64,000 nucleotides of DNA, from the NCBI GenBank assembly GCA_965205865.1, contig CBDBHR010000028.1, forward strand, positions 480,001 to 544,000, written 5' to 3'. The DNA is from a bacterium. GTDB taxonomy: Bacteria; SAR324; NAC60-12. The number at the start of each line of letters is the position of its first letter. Position 1 is the stretch's first letter. Of this stretch, positions 60,330 to 64,000 are shown one piece after another. Both the position numbers and the translations under genes were made by a program. A model generated the notes under the pieces. It made no database searches and was not told where the DNA came from. It saw only the letters and a program-made list of their open reading frames with translations.

Positions 60330-61337
60330 CTATTCATACCTCACTCTCGGGTCCAAATAAGGATAAATCAGGTCGATAAACAGATTGACCCCAACAACCA
60401 TGACGGCGAAAACCAGGTTTACTCCGGAGACCACCGGATAGTCTCTCGCACTGAGTGCATCCAGCATGAGACGACCTAACCCCGGCAGGTTGAATATGTT
60501 CTCCATGATAACGGCGCCACCTACCAGGATAGGCAACTGCATGCCTACCAGGGTAACTATCGGGATGAGGGCATTTTTGACAGCGTGTCTCATAACAACT
60601 ACCCTCTCCTTGAGGCCCTTGGACCAGGCTGTCCTGATATAGTCCTGCCTCAGCACTTCCAGTATCATGGTGCGCGTCATCCGCATTGTGCTTGCAGACA
60701 GGGCCGTCCCCAGAATCAGGCTGGGAATGAGGAACATTCCAAGATTCCCCAGCGGGTCTTCCGTGAAAGCAATCAGCACCATCGATGGCGCCCAGCCCCA
60801 CCAGATTGCCGGGAAGATCATGACCATAATTCCCAGCCAGAAGTTAGGCGTTGCCATGCCAATGATGGCGATCGAGCGCCCCGCGTAGTCAGCGGTCGTA
60901 TCCTGGCGAATCGCCGAGTAGATGCCGACTGGCAGCGCGATCAACTGCCCGATTAAGAGTGCCATGACGCCAAGCTCAATGGTTACTGGCAATCTTTCTA
61001 ATATCTGATCCTCTACCGATGAACCGCCAAACAGTGATTCGCCAAGGGTGCCCTGGAGGAGACCGTTGAAGTGGGACTCACCGGTAACCCAGTCAGGGGT
61101 CGGCAACACTCCTATCCAGCGTCCATACTGCACGTGAACAGGCACGTCTAATCCCAGCATACGCTCAATGGCTTCACGGTCCATCTCGATGCCCGAACTC
61201 ATGTTGTATCCCATACTAGCTTCTATTACGTCTATTACGTCGCCGGGGATGAAGCGAACCAAGAGAAAGACCAGGATAGTCAATATAAACAAGGTGGGGA
61301 TTATAAGCAATAACCGCCTGATGATATAGACTCTCAT
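60330..61337 (-). CDS. ABC peptide transporter permease (DppB-like)
   Basis: Paralog of 26693-27649. Confidence 0.93.
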   Translation of the reverse strand: MRVYIIRRLLLIIPTLFILTILVFLLVRFIPGDVIDVIEASMGYNMSSGIEMDREAIERMLGLDVPVHVQYGRWIGVLPTPDWVTGESHFNGLLQGTLGESLFGGSSVEDQILERLPVTIELGVMALLIGQLIALPVGIYSAIRQDTTADYAGRSIAIIGMATPNFWLGIMVMIFPAIWWGWAPSMVLIAFTEDPLGNLGMFLIPSLILGTALSASTMRMTRTMILEVLRQDYIRTAWSKGLKERVVVMRHAVKNALIPIVTLVGMQLPILVGGAVIMENIFNLPGLGRLMLDALSARDYPVVSGVNLVFAVMVVGVNLFIDLIYPYLDPRVRYE

Positions 61338-61398
61338 GTGACACACCTTATCAGTCGTTGGATGAGGACAGAATCTCCTCTTCGATGATTCAATGAGT

Positions 61399-61436
61399 AA
61401 GGGAGCCGGGAGGCTTGAGCCTCTCGGCTCCCTTTT
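61399..61436 (-). terminator. Intercistronic stem-loop after the SBP gene
   Basis: AAGGGAGCCGGGAGGC-TTGA-GCCTCTCGGCTCCCTT. Confidence 0.6.
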
Positions 61437-61467
61437 TCCCCGAGGTCAGCCAGAAGGGGTGAAACCC

Positions 61468-63267
61468 CTAAAATCCCATTCGTTTCTTCAGCTCACTATC
61501 AATCCACAGGTATTGGAAGAGAACGTGATTTGTGTTTCCTCCCAGGATGCCCTCGCCGTCATAACCCATCAGCCACGGCTGGCCCACGTTAAACTGTGGA
61601 GCCAAAGGTCCAAAGAGCTGCCAGTGCTGCTCTATCATGCGCATGTCCATCTTTTTAATCAGCCCCTTCATCTCTTCCACAGTGGTAGCCGCTATGGCGG
61701 CTTCATACCAGGCGTCATATTGAGCGTCGACAACTGACATGCGGCTATTGCTGATTTTCGAGTAAAAGGTACTCATTTGCCAGATTGGATCAGCTTTGAT
61801 GCCCGAAATGTCCGAATGCATATCATAATCTACAGCCGCGGCTCTAGCATTATATTCTGCTTGCGGTGGTGTCTCAATATCAATATCAATACCAATCCCA
61901 CGCCAGTACGCAACCATGAATTCTGTCCAGCTCACAGGAAACCGATCGAAGTGCATATACGTGCTCTTGAATCTGATGCCGTCGGCGCCGCGCGGATACC
62001 CAGCGGCATCAAGCAACGCTTCTGCCCCATCCGGGTCATACATATAGGTTTTCTTGAGCTCTTCGGGCCACTCTTCAAATAGGGTAATAAAATCCTTATT
62101 TATCCTGCCTACAAATCCCTGGGGTATCGTATCTCCTAACCCCTTAAAGTAGGATTCGTTCATTGTCTCCAGGTCCAGTGCCATCTGCATCGCCTGGCGC
62201 ACCCTGACGTCGTCAAAGGGCGGCTTGGTTATGTTAAAATGAGCACTATTATCCGATCGCATTGACCACGGGTACTGCAAGATTTCGGGGTTGGTCCGCT
62301 GGAGGCTTAAATGCTGGTTGATCTCAAATATTTGAGTGGAGCCCGGCAAACCTATGTAATCGAGCTGACCTGAGCGCAGTCCCGCCAGACGTGTTGCATG
62401 TTCCACGATAACAAGACCCTTTACCTCGTCAACATAGGGCAGGCGGTTCTCCGGGTATTTTGGGTCGTAGCCCCAGTAGTTAGGGTTCTTGGTGTAGGTA
62501 AAAAAACTGCCATGGACCCAGTGAGTCAGCTCGTAGGGCCCGGTGCCAACCAGGTTCCTCCAATCGGAAATGTCGCCGTGTTCCTCGATTACCTCGCGGG
62601 GCTGAACACCCATAGACCAGTAGTCCAAGATAAGTTTTAGGGCACTGACAGCTGGCTGCTCCTTCATCTTCATAACAACCGTATATTTGTCGGTGGCCGT
62701 TACCGATTCCCAAGGCAAAGCTATGAAGGGTCCTCCGAATGGGGGAGGATCGGCTTCACTGAACTCGGTCCCTGTCAATTTATTTCCCAAATAGCGCTGA
62801 TAGCTGTATTCTACATCCTTGGCAGTTAGCTCCCGCCCACGCATCGGTGGCTTATCATGCCAGTGAACGCCCTGGCGGATTTGGAAGACATACGTTAGTG
62901 GGTCGGGCTGTTCCCAGCTTTCCGCAAGCGTCCCCATCAGGGCGAATACCTGCGTCATGTAACCGCCGCTAAAAGGATATAGGTCCCTTTTTAGTCCCCA
63001 GTTCAGCGTGGCCAGTCTCTCAGTAACGAGAGCGATCATGTTCATCGCCCCACCATTCACTGTGAGGTCAACATTAGTGCTAGTATAATCGCTTTGTTTG
63101 GCGAAGGTTATTGTCCCGCCCCACTCTGGCGCAGAGTACACCTTGCCGTTGGTGGAGTCGGTCACGTACTTGGCTGCCCAGACCTGGCCAGCCATGAAGA
63201 CGCTTGCTCCCAGGATGAGAGCCAGCAGGGTTGCGCTCAAAGTTGAGCTGCTTTTTTTACGGTTCAT
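61468..63267 (-). CDS. ABC transporter substrate-binding protein, family 5
   Basis: Signal peptide, GVHWHDKPPMRGRE, GTGPY, PPFDDVRVR; RBS before ATG 63267. Confidence 0.92.
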   Translation of the reverse strand: MNRKKSSSTLSATLLALILGASVFMAGQVWAAKYVTDSTNGKVYSAPEWGGTITFAKQSDYTSTNVDLTVNGGAMNMIALVTERLATLNWGLKRDLYPFSGGYMTQVFALMGTLAESWEQPDPLTYVFQIRQGVHWHDKPPMRGRELTAKDVEYSYQRYLGNKLTGTEFSEADPPPFGGPFIALPWESVTATDKYTVVMKMKEQPAVSALKLILDYWSMGVQPREVIEEHGDISDWRNLVGTGPYELTHWVHGSFFTYTKNPNYWGYDPKYPENRLPYVDEVKGLVIVEHATRLAGLRSGQLDYIGLPGSTQIFEINQHLSLQRTNPEILQYPWSMRSDNSAHFNITKPPFDDVRVRQAMQMALDLETMNESYFKGLGDTIPQGFVGRINKDFITLFEEWPEELKKTYMYDPDGAEALLDAAGYPRGADGIRFKSTYMHFDRFPVSWTEFMVAYWRGIGIDIDIETPPQAEYNARAAAVDYDMHSDISGIKADPIWQMSTFYSKISNSRMSVVDAQYDAWYEAAIAATTVEEMKGLIKKMDMRMIEQHWQLFGPLAPQFNVGQPWLMGYDGEGILGGNTNHVLFQYLWIDSELKKRMGF

Positions 63268-63463
63268 CTTAGTCCTTTCTGCTTTTTGATTAAAAACAAG
63301 ATTATTAAAACCTGCTTTGATTCCCGAAAGCACGTTCTCGACGATTCCTCTACTTTTTTGACGGTTCATGGTACTCCTTTCTGCTTTTTGATTAAAAACA
63401 AGATTTCGGGTGGTTTTAAAGCCTGCTTTCATTCCCGAAAGCAGGTTCTCGACGATTTCTCTA
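63251..63463 (-). repeat. Tandem duplication of leader hairpin, RBS and start codon (102 + 111 bp)
   Basis: 63251-63352 vs 63353-63463. Confidence 0.9.
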
Positions 63464-63731
63464 ATGATTAGTTTCATTTTTTACCTTTATTATTATTTAG
63501 GTTGAAGGAATAAAAATTCATTTTCTGCTTACGTGATTTCACCATAGGCTTCTCCTTATAAGACTAATGACTAAAAAAAGGACGAACTCAGGTGTCCATG
63601 ATTTTCCAAATTCATTGACGTTCCCTTCCCGAAACGGGGAACGAGGAATCTTAGGGATCTCTCCCTGAAGTCGAGATAATATAAGGGGGTAGAACTTGTG
63701 ATTGGGAGCTTGGTGCTCGGAACTAATTACT

Positions 63732-63773
63732 GGGAACTGGGAACTGGGAACTGGGAACTGGGAACTGGGAACT
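63732..63773. repeat. Heptamer tandem repeat (GGGAACT)6
   Basis: Read directly; homologous context to 29941-29996. Confidence 0.95.
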
Positions 63774-63782
63774 GGGTGTTTA

Positions 63783-63812
63783 AGATTACTCTCATATCCA
63801 CCTTATTATCAA
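63783..63812 (-). promoter_or_regulatory. Putative sigma70 promoter for the second SBP cassette
   Basis: TTGATA-N18-TAATCT, homologous to 30005-30034. Confidence 0.55.
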
Positions 63813-64000
63813 GGGATTTTTTATAATTGAAAATGGGTTAATTTCAGACTTTCATGTCATCCTGATTGATAGCTGACAGCTAAAAGCCATTTCGCGACAG
63901 CGACTCTTTAAGGATAATATTTTATATCAAGAAATAAATCAACATTTTTTTTAAGACATATCCGATTTAGTCATTTAAGGCAAATTTTTCATATCCAGAA

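Noticed and set aside
63583-63593. CGAACTCAGGT match to the MITE A end
   Set aside because: Only 11 bp with no partner TIR; could be chance or an uninformative remnant.

Overview
This is bacterial chromosomal DNA with a moderately AT-rich backbone. The protein style suggests a Gram-negative, delta-proteobacterial/SAR324-like organism, but that is an inference. 1-9.4 kb holds the S10-spc-alpha ribosomal superoperon from rpsC (partial) to rplQ, lacking adk, map, infA and rpsD. 9.8-23.7 kb is mostly housekeeping: a Spo0M-like protein, an alpha/beta hydrolase, a cysteine desulfurase broken by a 121-bp tandem duplication, an RdgB/HAM1 pyrophosphatase, ispH, a decayed IS630, an orphan secretin, lpxK, def, DUF192, an orphan PhzE-type synthase and mltA. 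24-64 kb is an accessory mosaic. It contains two GC-rich Dpp/Opp-type ABC cassettes without ATPases, one complete dpp operon with a P1 peptidase, hrpA, an NFACT protein, an NtrB-like kinase, CoA transferases, a vanadium haloperoxidase, several intact or decayed toxin-antitoxin modules and at least four MITE families. The most notable unexplained structure is a homologous upstream module shared by the two foreign-looking ABC cassettes: a sigma70-like promoter, a (CCCAGTT)n tract, a REP-like element, a conserved ~46-nt hairpin, an RBS and an AT-rich signal-peptide start. A 158-bp MITE also supplies the same C-terminus (LGMKFK*) to two unrelated ORFs. I recognised no tRNA, rRNA or CRISPR array. 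All family calls come from reading motifs by eye; no searches were run.
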